This document shows, one piece after another, positions 1-11,206 of a stretch of 20,000 nucleotides of DNA; position 1 is the stretch's first letter, and each line of letters opens with the position of its first letter. A model generated the notes under the pieces. That model was not told where the DNA came from, did no database searches, and saw only the letters and a program-made list of their open reading frames with translations. The stretch comes from Albugo candida. Its lineage: Eukaryota. Location: contig JBDOQK010000013.1 of NCBI GenBank assembly GCA_040437565.1, forward strand, positions 554,996 to 574,995. The letters are read 5' to 3'. A program made the position numbers and the translations under genes.

Positions 1-990
1 CGGCCGACCTGACATATATCAATAAAATGGCCGTGATGCAGCTTCCGCCGGACCATTCTGCCAATATATTACCATATATTTCTCTTGTGGTTCAACCGTT
101 TCACTTTTTCCCTTCATCGTATCCAAAAAGAAACGAGTGTTTTTCGTCGAACGGTGCAAGATCGCGAGAATTCGCGCACGTTGACCAATATCTTTTCACG
201 GAATCTTTCGAGTCATTTTTATCCTAATCTATTAGCACCCCCTGGTCATTTTCTCTTCTTGAATGAAAATTGAGTTTGTTTCCAGTAACAATCATTGACT
301 TTATCTGTCCCTGACGAAAAAAATTAACAAAGTAAACATTCATACAACTTAAATCTAGTTGTACCTGACACTTTTCGTGTACTTCTAAGAAGCGAAATCT
401 AGCCAACAGACAAGTCGAACGTTTCTACATATTTATAGCGGAGTTCTCTTGCTTCTGTAATCGTATATTTCGGTCTTGCACATGCGATACAATACGAGTG
501 TCTGTGATTAGTTTGCAGAGCGTCAAAACATTTAATGGCAATAAAAACCTTTTTTTGGCAACTACACAACATTTAGCTATACCACCATATTTGACTGTAA
601 CAACGAGACGTAATAACGGTATTTGAGCTTTTGACTGCACGCATTCCTTCCCACTGGAACTTAGCTTATCACTTATTTAAACTTCCGTTCGCTAGCATAG
701 TGCAAACAATGCAACTTCCGCACGGACGACTTCTTCTTTGAGTTTTATCTCACTTCTCGTTCCAATATGCATATCTCATTCAATCTTCGTCTTCTTACAC
801 TTACGAGCTGCCACACCTATGCCTTATTTATGGCACTCATATATATTGACAAGATTCGATTGTAGGCACCATTCCTGTATCCACTGCGTAATAGAAATTC
901 AACTTCTATGATTCAGTTACCAGACATCACCTCTGGTCTGTCAAATAATCCAGTCAATTATCGTGAAGCTCAGCAAATTAATCAACCAAA

Positions 991-3656
991 TCAAGAAACT
1001 ATTGTATAAGAAAAGGTAGGCAGGCGGCCCTGATTCTTATGTCTACTCTCACCATACTTCACACGCCTGACTCCGTGGTGCATCCGACAGAACGTTTTCA
1101 AGGCGGAATTTGGTTTCTTTGAGAAATACAAGTGAGAAAGTATTCTGCCCGATGCAAATATTCCATTATCACTTGCAACATGGGCACCAATCATATGGTC
1201 CCTTGGATTAGTTTCCTTCACATATCAAAAGTCGGCTTCTTATACACTGATTAGAACAACTGCATCATGCTATCAGTGGCGTGTAGCCTCATTCTATTTC
1301 TTTTCGTAGACCAGACAGGCTACATTGATGTCCCTTACTTACTTCTAATGATTACATGTTCAATCTAATATCGACGTTTGCATCAGCCTCTATCCGTGTT
1401 CCTCTGGGTATGTGAGGCCCACTTGAGACACGTCCAAGCTCTAAAAAAGATCTTATTTTTTATTCGACCGGTAACGAATCTACACATTCCCCACGACTTG
1501 CAAGATTACCGAGTTGTGCTTGCTTGCTTTTCTACTCCAAAAAAAAGATGACTTACTGCTGCAGGCTCTTCTCTTAGCCTAGAATGCAAACATACTCTGG
1601 TATCTATCAAATATCAGAGTACAGGGCGCTGTCTCCCCCCTGCAAAAATTTCCTTCTTCTGCTCTTTTATCGCAATCAAGTATGATTTTATCCCTTACAG
1701 AATTAGTGCACTCGTGGAAGAGCCGTGCCTATCGTTAGTCCTCCTCGAATCCATGTATTCATCATTCAACTTCATTGAGCGCGATACTGACTATATAACG
1801 TTTTGAAGGCGAGATGGTGAATGCATGAATCGACAAATGATCATTACGTGGGCTCGTATTGATGGGTAAACGCACGGGGACATCCCGCGTGGTGATATTA
1901 GGAAGCCAAGACTCATTTCGGAAAATTCTATAACTAGATATCCAGGACTTCTAGCATAATGATGTTATCGGATTAAATGTATCATCATCTTTACAGGCCA
2001 GATCAAGAATAATTGCTTGTGAGGATCTACATTATCTTGGCGAATATCACTAATTGACTATTCGATTTTTTAGGTACGTTGTCGCTCTTGAGTCACGTAA
2101 ATTTCTTCGGGGTTTAAAAGCACGTGGATTTTCTCATTAAATGTCCATACAAGCAGAGTAATGCATGACGCTGTTTGTCTATATTTCTAGTTACTTACTT
2201 TGAGCTTCGTCTTCTTTGTCTTCATTGGCCTGATCCAGTTAAATAGTCCAGATCTCATGGAAATTAGCCTTAATATCTCTGCTTCTCATGAATACACATG
2301 CGCCTCTTGTTTCTTACCTTCAGCTTGTACTATTAACTGAATTTTATCCGGTGAAGGTGTCGTTTGGATGATTTCGTCCGGGGCTTCAGCTGTGCCTAAT
2401 GCCACGCGTTGGATTTAGACTGTCATTATATCGGTAGTCAAAAGCTTATTGTGCCTTGATGCTTGGCTTGGTCCTTCGCGTCGAAAATCTACATAACCAG
2501 TTTACGACTTATCCAGCTTATCCCAAGTTGCTCTTCATGACTCTTGTCTCATGGATTCCAGTGGTGTTGAAGACAACAGGAAGCGTCTAAGGCAACTTAT
2601 ACGCTTTTCGAGTGATGGGTGATCCGATTGTCCATTTGTCTCTCCTTATAAATAAAATCTTATCATAATGCTCCCTTCTTATTGAGTGTTGGATAAAAAT
2701 TTTATGGATCGATCAACCAAACTAAAGTGATCTTTAACGTCTGCTTCTCCATTAGCCGCTATGGTATCAACATTGCGATAGTGACCTTTCTTCTATCTTG
2801 AGTCTCTTCTTTTTTGGTTTCAAGGCAGTGCATCGTCACGTGCAGATCAGCGCTAATGCTGCATATCATATAAGTAATGTAGAAGCAAGTAATAGCATAG
2901 TAGCGGATACGAGTGCAATCTGAAGAGGAGTATCTACTTAGCCTCACTATCAACCGGTCTTTGTCAACTTAGAAGAGACTCGGCATGCTACTACTTAAGG
3001 CAGCAAATTTGAATAAGAAAATATGGAGTTTACCTCAAAGCATCGAAACAAACTTCGAACGGTAAGATAGATCTCATTAAACCTACTTTTCATTCGTAAC
3101 AGGCGATAGGATTATCATCATAACTGACCCTCGCTCATGTGGTTGCAGCATCTTCTCGTTCGAGAAAGCTCCTCCAAATGGTATCAAATTTACCAATTAT
3201 GAGAGTTTGACGTTGAAAAACAATATGAGAGTATTCAGGAAGAGAGCCCACACAATCAAAAATCATCGCTCTCCAAAGTTGGAAAGAATGCATCGATGAT
3301 ATACATACAATCCAAATGAGCCCTGTAATATGAATGTGCTTTCTCTTCCCCATGCGGAAACCAATCGACATCAAAGAGTCTTTTGTCGTAACGTTTGTGG
3401 CTATATTCTAGATGAGAATCTATGACCACTGCTTGCGGCTTGCAAGGGTAAGCTTGAGACCTTCACATACACGAGCAGCTTTTGGATTATGGCACCGATA
3501 ACTCAATTTGCTTATACGACTAATCCAGAAGGCATCAAAAAGAAATTGAAAGCAATTTTCGAAATTAGCTGTTGGACCAGTGCTAGCTCCACTAGGCAAT
3601 AAGAATTGCAAGGTCATGCACATAAACACATATATGATGGGTTTAAAGTGCTTCAG
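991..3656 (-). pseudogene. Degenerate secreted-protein gene, candidate CCG (CHxC)-class Albugo effector relic; 3' extent uncertain and may run to the window start
   Basis: The minus frame from CTG at 3656 reads (L/M)KHFKPIIYVFMCMTLQFLLPSGAS-TGPTANFEN-CFQFLFDAFW-ISRISK. This is a signal-peptide-like leader followed by C-x2-F-x5-W, which becomes CxxCxxxxxG with two single-base reversions (TTT/TGT, TGG/GGG). After a frameshift it continues VIGAIIQKLLVYVK. Further short minus-strand ORF fragments (3135-3374, 2759-2953, 991-1221) are broken by stops. Confidence 0.4.
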
Positions 3657-3845
3657 ACTTAGATCCTCTGGTAGTTTCTATGATACGGCAGCATCGAGCG
3701 TATTACGGCGGACAAGAAACAATTATACCTTTCATATATTGGTTTCATATCAGCATGCTCGTTTTGAGAATCTTTTCTCTCACCTGCAACCTAATTTGAT
3801 AAGTTATTACTGCAGTATCAGGCAATATTTTTACGTCAATCCGCA

Positions 3846-4095
3846 CAAATGATTGCTTGTGCCAAATTCTACGCTTCAATTAAAAGTCGCAAAACATAAT
3901 TGTCGTAGCACAAAAGTACTNNNNNNNNNNNNNNNNNNNNNNNNNNNNNNNNNNNNNNNNNNNNNNNNNNNNNNNNNNNNNNNNNNNNNNNNNNNNNNNN
4001 NNNNNNNNNNNNNNNNNNNNCAAATGATTGCTTGTGCCAAATTCTACGCTTCAATTAAAAGTCGCAAAACATAATTGTCGTAGCACAAAAGTACT
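3846..4095. other. 100-N scaffold gap (3921-4020) flanked by an identical 75-nt overlap
   Basis: 3846-3920 is identical to 4021-4095, consistent with an unmerged contig overlap. Confidence 0.9.
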
Positions 4096-4867
4096 ATGCT
4101 AGAGTTTTCCTGTCATTTGGAAGATTATTTAGATGTCGTCAGCTGGCTCGAGTTTCCGACAAGTTTAGGATGGCAATCTGTGGGTTCATAATATTGATGG
4201 TCGAAAAGCCTGTTTCTCATGCATTTATAACTGAGTATCCCGTTAGCATCAAAAATATTTAGTCTACAATAAAATAATTCAATTCATTTGCCCGCTCGAC
4301 TTCGATTCGAGGAGACTTCAAATCAGCTTTTAAGCAATGAGTTGCATTTTCAAATCAAAGTTGTATTCTTACAGCCAGCAAACACCTGGCTGGTAAATCA
4401 CAAAATGAATAATAATGCTATCGGTTTCGCTCAAGCATACACTCCAAGAGTGCAACACGAACCTTTTGTTGTTATATAAAATACTCCATCAAAGCGGCTT
4501 TCTTTGATCGATTAGCATACACAGTCTACACTTTTTCTTTGAACGAACATGTATGTCCAGGAGCTGAGGCGCAGTATATTGTTTTGAATCGATGAGGATA
4601 GCTCTAATTCGACAGTAGTTTTCGAATGAAAAATCGCGCTTTGTCCTTCATTCATTATTCTTGGTACGATAGTTGCTGCTTCGATTTATCAAGCCTACGC
4701 ACAATTCTGGAGCTTGCTAATTTGCGCATCTTCAAAATCCTAATTTTGATCAGATCTCACATTATTTTTGTCGGCTGGGTAATCAGTTTCCGACTTCAGA
4801 TTTACTGCATTCAATCTTCAACGCAAGCACCCCTCTCCTTTTTTCTCCATTAAACGAGAGGAGCATC

Positions 4868-6694
4868 ATGCAGCGATCACACGTTCTTTTATTCCATCTG
4901 TTGCTACCCGGAGGAATCTATGTATCACATTATAGATCATTTGTCGCTCCCTTCAGTACTTTGTCGTACTTGGAACACCTTCAATTGCAAACCTCTGCAC
5001 TATTGGATAAGAATGCGTCAATTTTAAACCGGGAAGAGATTCAAAAGATTTTGCAATATGTACCCGACACAGTCCCTGACGGTGTTACTTGCACTAAAGT
5101 CAAACGCTGTGACCGGAAAAACGTATGTGCGATCATATGTGAGCGTGGGAGCGTACAAATGAAGCTATGGGCATCTCGAGCGCTATATATTCAGCGCCAG
5201 GCCACTTACGAACGAAATATTTGCACGGCACAGCTTCCATCAAGTCACAACTCTGCCATTACTCTGGCTGATGTAAGATTTTTGGTCCATTAAAAAAGCT
5301 AATGTGTTGTGTGTAATCCCGTGATTATAGGGGTATGGAATTGAGGACCATGTCTTCGAAGGCTATCTTCGATACATCAGCTGGTTACCTCTTCATATCC
5401 ATACTAGCAACCAAGTAATTGTTTTTAAGAAGCTGCTTCGCAAAAGACGATGCATACTGACGATCGATAATAGTACTTTTCTCTGACAGACCAACTGCGA
5501 CTGGGTATTCGCTTCATCGAATTGGATGTTCATTGGGTCGATGACGATCTTCGAATAGCTCATTGTGGTGGCTTTCGATCCAAACTCATCGACAAATTTG
5601 TCAAACTTCTAAATGAAATTGCTAAACATTTGGGAACAGAGATCGAATGGGACTCCGAGACGATTGGGTGCAAACCAAGCCTCAGCAGCATACCGGCGAA
5701 TGAGCAACGGTCGGTGAATAAAGCTCTGGAAGAGATTGCCTCCTGGTTGCATGCGACCGAAGATGAATTTCTTCTTATTTTTTTCGATGATGACAATGAT
5801 TTGGCCGATTGGAATAAAGTGAACAAATTGATTAGCTACATCAAAGCTCATTTTCCTGATGAAGAGATCGTACTTCCGTCAGAAATAGCAGTACGTTAAT
5901 TGTCATGAAATCTTCGTAGCGCACCTCAGCCCGCTCTTCTCCTTTTCGTGCAGAATCATCACGTTTGGCCTTCTTTTCGAGATTTAATGGATAAGGGAAA
6001 ACGCATTTTGTTTATGAGTGGTGCGAACTACTTTAGCAAAGGAGATGAATACTTGTTTATCAAGGAAAGTATCTGCAATTGGATCGAGCCGCCAATGCCT
6101 CTTACCAAATTCCCACAATGCAAATTTTCAAAAATCGGCGTTGGGCCGACAGGCACACATACTACAATTTTTCGACCGGAAACTAGCGAGATTCAATATG
6201 CTTTCTTAAATGCAAATGGTCATGTTGGAACCAATGATTTTCTGCTGAATGAAGCGAGCATTCCTAATGCAATGACTTGCGGTGTTAACCTCCCTTCACC
6301 CGACAGTCTTACACCAACCCGACTAGAGAGTATGATTTGGACAATGGAGCCAAACGTGATTTGGGATGGAAAACAATGTCTAGGTGTTGCTTCCAATTCG
6401 AGCTTCTGGCAGATAATGGAATGTAGTGACGCCAATGGCATCAGGGCGGCTTGTCAGCATCGCGAGAACTTTCGCATATGGATGATAACAGGCCTGCTTA
6501 CTGACATAAGTGACGCTTCTGAAGCTTGTCGTACACTAAGTCGTAAGATGATCTTCGCAATGCCAGCTTCTGGATACGAAAACAAGCTTCTGTATGAGAC
6601 GCTCATCTCCAATCATCATCAACGTGTTTGGCTGAATACCCTGCGTCTCAAGACAATGCCCAGATTTTTCAAGCAAGAGGCCTCTATGAAGTGA
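4868..6694 (+). CDS. PI-PLC-like (PLC-like phosphodiesterase, TIM-barrel) protein, 548 aa; join(4868..5272,5331..5414,5474..5890,5954..6694)
   Basis: Three phase-0 GT-AG introns (5273-5330, 5415-5473 with a TACTGAC branch site, 5891-5953) join the ORFs in frame. Motifs LPSSHNS, NQ/YFSLTDQLRLGIRFIELDVH and IAHCG match the PI-PLC X-box with both catalytic His. Also WPSFRDLMDKGKRILF, a Cys/Trp-rich C-terminal module (C..W....C...ACQ...W...C...F.MP.SGYEN..L...VWLN) and a hydrophobic N-terminus. Confidence 0.85.
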
Positions 6695-6748
6695 CTATAT
6701 TTTAATAGAAAAAATATAAATGATCACTTGACCATCATTTCTAAATCT

Positions 6749-7456
6749 TCAAACACCGCAAACTTTCTTAATTTGATCGGAAATATGTCGATACATTGCC
6801 TGATACTTGATGACGGAAGGAAACTTGTGCCCTCCATCGAATTCGTGTGTAGATCTATACGGGAGATCAGAGAACACCCCCCCGATGTACATACGGCTAA
6901 GATCTTTAGCTTCCAAATACAAAGGATCTTGAGGACTGTATACGTGTACTGAAGGCAAAGGGATCTCGAATCTCTTTCCTTCCCTTTCAAAAAAATGACG
7001 AAATCTTCTATCACGTACAGGTATACCACATACACAAACACATATCTTCCAAGGACAGGGCCTTTTCTCGTGTTTGTACATCGCCGTCAATAGAGTTGCG
7101 ACAGCAGTCCCTTGAGAAAATGCAAGCACAGCATCAATTCGCCCTAATAAGGAAACTTTACGTTCTATGTACTCGATTGCTCTATCGATTGCATTGTATT
7201 CACGGCACCAGACCGTATCCTTGCTGTCTTTTCTATTTTGGACAGCGTACCACTGACGAAACGGTTTCAAATGGCCAAATTTTCTCGTAATCATTTTATC
7301 TTGACACTGCTCTTCAACGATATTAGGAGCATCAAGAAAAACGAACTCAGCACAGGCCTGAAGGTTATTCCGGAAACCAGCTATTTGATGTCTCATAATT
7401 GACGAATTTGTACCGAATCCGTGCAAACAAAGTATACGAATTCTGTCTCCTGGCAT
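6749..7456 (-). CDS. Serine hydrolase, FSH1/OVCA2 family (alpha/beta hydrolase), 235 aa
   Basis: ATG at 7456 (MPGDRIRILCLHGFGTNS). Contains FVFLDAP, nucleophile motif AFSQG, LPSVHV..PQDPL (Asp) and GGHKFP (His). Intronless, stop TGA at 6749-6751. Confidence 0.9.
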   Translation of the reverse strand: MPGDRIRILCLHGFGTNSSIMRHQIAGFRNNLQACAEFVFLDAPNIVEEQCQDKMITRKFGHLKPFRQWYAVQNRKDSKDTVWCREYNAIDRAIEYIERKVSLLGRIDAVLAFSQGTAVATLLTAMYKHEKRPCPWKICVCVCGIPVRDRRFRHFFEREGKRFEIPLPSVHVYSPQDPLYLEAKDLSRMYIGGVFSDLPYRSTHEFDGGHKFPSVIKYQAMYRHISDQIKKVCGV

Positions 7457-7630
7457 GACTGCGGACCAAATAACAAAACAGAGATGGGATNNNNNNNNNN
7501 NNNNNNNNNNNNNNNNNNNNNNNNNNNNNNNNNNNNNNNNNNNNNNNNNNNNNNNNNNNNNNNNNNNNNNNNNNNNNNNNNNNNNNNNNNGCTGGCATGA
7601 CTGCGGACCAAATAACAAAACAGATGGGAT
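7450..7630. other. 100-N gap (7491-7590) flanked by a ~40-nt duplicated overlap
   Basis: 7450-7490 matches 7592-7630 except for a 2-nt indel (CAGAGATGGG vs CAGATGGG). Confidence 0.85.
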
Positions 7631-7819
7631 AATAAAAAAATAGGGTACCGCTAACCAGCCCTCACCCTTATGATTACGAGTTCTGATTGGCTAAATAAAG
7701 CACCCTTAAGTTATCATTACGAGTTCTGATTGGCTGAAGAGATTATACTCATTTTAATATACTACAGACCGTTCGAAACGCGAGAGCTGGCAAGTTTCGT
7801 CATACCATAACTCTCCGTT

Positions 7820-9808
7820 TTGCCAACCCTGACACAATTTGAAGACATCGTCGAAACTACTTACGCGTCTCTAGAAGAGGCTATATTAGCAGTAACCCGT
7901 CAATCTCAAGATGAAGGCTTCGTATTTACTTGCAAAAGAACAAGGAGAGTTGGAAACCGTTTAGACGGTGAAATCAAAGCTATGTGTCTTAAATGCTCTT
8001 GTGCGGAGAAAGCAACTTCCATGTCTCAGAAGCGTAAACGCGTACGTGGAAGCCGTGGAACAGGCTGCCAGTCTGCTTTGATGATTCGCCGAATGCTAGG
8101 ACACGGAGACTTGGTTCACTGGGTTGTTGAGGCCAATTAACTTGAGCACAATCACGAGCCTCTCGTAGATGCTGCCGTACATCCACAAGGCCGTGCTCTC
8201 AAAAAAGGATGAGCGACAAATTTTTTTAAGTTATCTTCGGTCGGGTCTGGCGCCTTCGCGTATCGTCGCACAAATGCGCAATATCAATCTCACGGTAACA
8301 CCTCGTGATGTGTACAATATCAGTGACTCGAAACGTAGGCATTTGTTACGTGGTAGAACACCGCTGACTGCCCTTCTTGATGGTATTGAATATGCAAGTC
8401 TTTCAGCGCCGTATCATACAAAGTTTGACGCGGAACGGTGACTGACTCGCCTCTTCATTGTCTCTACATCGGCGAAAGAACTTTGTTGCAAAATTAGTAC
8501 TGTGAGGATCTGGTTACTGGACTCTACTTACAAAACTAACCGTTTTGGACTTCCTCTTTTGCACGTTGTAGGAGTCAGCGCGACAAGCCAAATTTTCACT
8601 TTTGCTTGCATATTCTTGGCTGGAGAAAGATACGAGGACTACCTTTGGGCAATAAGGCTTTTGAAACAGACGTTCGTGAACTTCTTGTGTGTCCAGTGAA
8701 TTTTGTCACCGATACGGAATAAGCTCTCATGAATGCGCTTGACGATGTATTTCCTGAAACTAACAATCTCCTCTGTCGCTGGCACATCAGTAAGAATATC
8801 CTCGCCAGGAAGCGCAGGACGTTCGAGGCTATGGAGGCATTCAACGAGTTTACGGGCCGATGGAATGCGTTGGTAATGTCAGCAACAGCTCAGATTTACC
8901 AACGTCGTCTTACTGAGATGCGGGAGGCCTTCCCGCGTCAAGTATTGACATACATTGAAGAGACTTGGCTTGCGCACAAAGAAAATTTTGTGTCTGCTTA
9001 TTTGCTCGGCAAACTGTATTTTGGCCATACAGCGACTTCACGAGTGGAGAGTGCGCACTCTGCGTTGAAGAAGTGGATTGCTGTATCAACAGGCGAACTT
9101 TTGATGGTAGATTCCGCTTGCCAACTGGCGTGCGAAGGGAGCTTGCAGCCATCAGAGTGTAAACCGCACGAAAGCGTGCAATCGCCGATATGCAGTTTGA
9201 ACAAGTCTTTGCTGGGGCAATGGGGAAGGTTTCGGTGGACGCGCTGAAATCAGCATCCAAACAATACAGAGACAGGGATGATGAAGGAGACTGTCAAGAC
9301 ATGTTTGTCTCGAATTTCGGTCATTCATGCAAGCACGTCTTCCGAACAAGAGCAGCCGCAACACCGACCTGCGGCCTTTTTCGCGATGATTTTGACTGAC
9401 ATTGGTGGCCGTTCAGCCTTTTCGGGAGATAACCCTTGCACCAGCACCATTAATAGACGAAACAATTAAATGGGTTCGCGAACAATACGACTAGGGTTCG
9501 ACATATCACAAAAGGATGATCCTCGAACACCTAGTTACCATCCCGGATGAAAACGTCCTAAATCCTTCAAATCCACGCATACGCGGACGTCCTTCAGGAT
9601 CGACGCAACGCAATTTATCGCAATTTATCGCAATTTATCGCAGTTTGAGGCGGTGGAGGAGTCTCTTCTACCGCAAAGACGATGTAGCAACTGTGGACGA
9701 ACAGGGCACAACAGAAGACGGTGCATTGAATCTCGTAATCACGACGATGCGGCTTGCTCAGCCAAAGCTGAGATCTATCTTGATGCTTTGGATACTGTCG
9801 ATGATTAA
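7820..9808 (+). pseudogene. MULE transposase pseudogene (intronless)
   Basis: FAR1-like DNA-binding domain (CLKC..GC..W..HNHE), DDE core LDSTYKTN / FVTD / CRWH / SRVESAH, SWIM-like C..GHSCKH, RGRP, and C-terminal knuckle RRCSNCGRTGHNRRRC. Several in-frame stops (8138, 8439, ~8720) and frameshifts. Confidence 0.92.
9611..9640 (+). repeat. 10-bp tandem repeat CAATTTATCG x3 inside the transposase
   Basis: Three perfect copies. Removing two restores TQRNLSQFEAVEE...CSNC. Confidence 0.9.
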
Positions 9809-10008
9809 GAAAATGCTGGTTTGCGTCCTTTTATAGACCTTATCGCTTGTTCAAGCCAATCTTAACAATGTAAAACCGCTTCAATGATAACCTAAGAGCG
9901 CTGTATTTAGCCAATCAGAACTCGCAATCATAACTAAAGGGTGCTGTTAGTGTTACAACGGGTGAGGGCTCCCAAAAAATGTACAAATTTGATAAATAAA
10001 TAAAAAAA

Positions 10009-10439
10009 GGGTAGTGATATCCTGACAACTATTTTTGATATTCCGACAACTTTTTTTTAATTCATTTTTATTTTTCATTTTAAATTACATCATGCCTACT
10101 TAAATTATTACTCCCACAACTTTTTTTGTAACGAAATAATGATTTCGATATCCCGACAATTTTTTTTAAATTATTCATTTTTAATTTAGATTACGTCATG
10201 CCTGCTCAAATTATTACTCCCACAACTATTTTGAAAATAAATAAGTTTACATTATCTAACTAATAGAAGTCATTTACGTCTAAGGCTAATCTAGTAATAT
10301 AGATACCTTCAACTGAGCTAAACAATCCGAAAGCTTCGACCATCACGTGAAGCATATGGAGAACTCTTCCAAGCATTTTTTTCGCCCTCCGAATAGTTCT
10401 TGTCGTCGCGTGCCGATCGAAAATGTTACAAAAAAATGT
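10009..10439. mobile_element. Non-autonomous MULE-like element end (family C, copy 1), truncated at the gap
   Basis: Starts GGGTAGTGATATCCTGACAAC and has two ~120-130-nt subterminal units (GATATCCCGACAA...CATGCCTACTYAAATTATTACTCCCACAAC). 10145-10320 aligns with 18609-18790, and the start is the inverted match of 19555-19647. Confidence 0.75.
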
Positions 10440-10539
10440 NNNNNNNNNNNNNNNNNNNNNNNNNNNNNNNNNNNNNNNNNNNNNNNNNNNNNNNNNNNNN
10501 NNNNNNNNNNNNNNNNNNNNNNNNNNNNNNNNNNNNNNN
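10440..10539. other. 100-N scaffold gap of unknown true size
   Basis: Run of N with no flanking duplication. Confidence 0.95.
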
Positions 10540-10586
10540 TTTTTTTTATAATCCCTACTTTTTATTTATATCTAAGGAATTGTTAT

Positions 10587-10651
10587 GGGTTTGACTATTG
10601 CCACAGACAATTTGACCGTTGCCACAGACATTTCGGCTAATGCCACAGACG
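10587..10651 (+). repeat. Orphan TIR-like end with three TGCCACAGAC motifs at 21-22-nt spacing
   Basis: Begins GGG like the other MULE termini. The core GCCACAGAC is shared with the MULE-B TIRs. Confidence 0.65.
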
Positions 10652-11206
10652 AAACACCTCTGATAAGATTATTTGTGCAACATTGATATGATTGATCGAT
10701 AAGGTAGCTATATCACTACTTCAACGTACGATATATTATGAAACTTCTCCATTCATAAAGTCAGAATAAATAGAATATTACTGGCGCTGAATATGCTCAC
10801 GTAAATATCATGTCTTTTCTTGTTTGCACAAAATACTCGAATATTCGTAATATAAATTTTCAATATGTATATTTGTTATTCAAAATAGCCTAGGCATCGC
10901 GCCCAACATGCTTCGACGAAATGCCATCAGAAATCTGGTCGCTGATTGATATCATTAAGCTTTCGCACCTTTACTTTTCAAAGTACGCATTTTTAAAACT
11001 TTGTGTGGAGAAGAGAAAGGGAAAGTCGTGTTAGTGAACTCAATTTTCATGCCGTTCAAAGATACAATATCACGAATTCTACATTCTGTCCCCTCACTCC
11101 AATTTCTTATTTCGTCATCGTGCTTATACATCGATTAAAGAAACTATACACGAATATTGTGATAGTTTCTCGACTTTCTGCAAAAATGGGATCATAATCT
11201 TTCTCG

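Larger units (their letters stand above)
7643..9973 (+). mobile_element. Mutator-like element (MULE-A), defective, with imperfect TIRs
   Basis: Left end GGG..AGCCCTCACCC-TTATGATTACGAGTTCTGATTGGCTAAATAAAGCACCCTTAAGTTATCATT is the inverted match of about 9883-9973 (..AGCCAATCAGAACTCGCAATCATAA..GGGTGAGGGCTCCC). Candidate 8-bp TSD AAAAAATA (7635-7642) / AAAAAATG (9974-9981). Encloses a transposase pseudogene. Confidence 0.85.

Noticed and set aside
3846..4095. Direct repeats flanking N runs (also 7450-7630 and 19035-19460) as real duplications or LTRs
   Set aside because: Each abuts an exactly 100-N gap, the typical signature of unmerged contig overlaps.
7457..7618. N-terminal extension of the FSH1 ORF to 289 aa
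   Set aside because: It runs through Ns and the duplicated overlap. Family similarity begins at the ATG at 7456.
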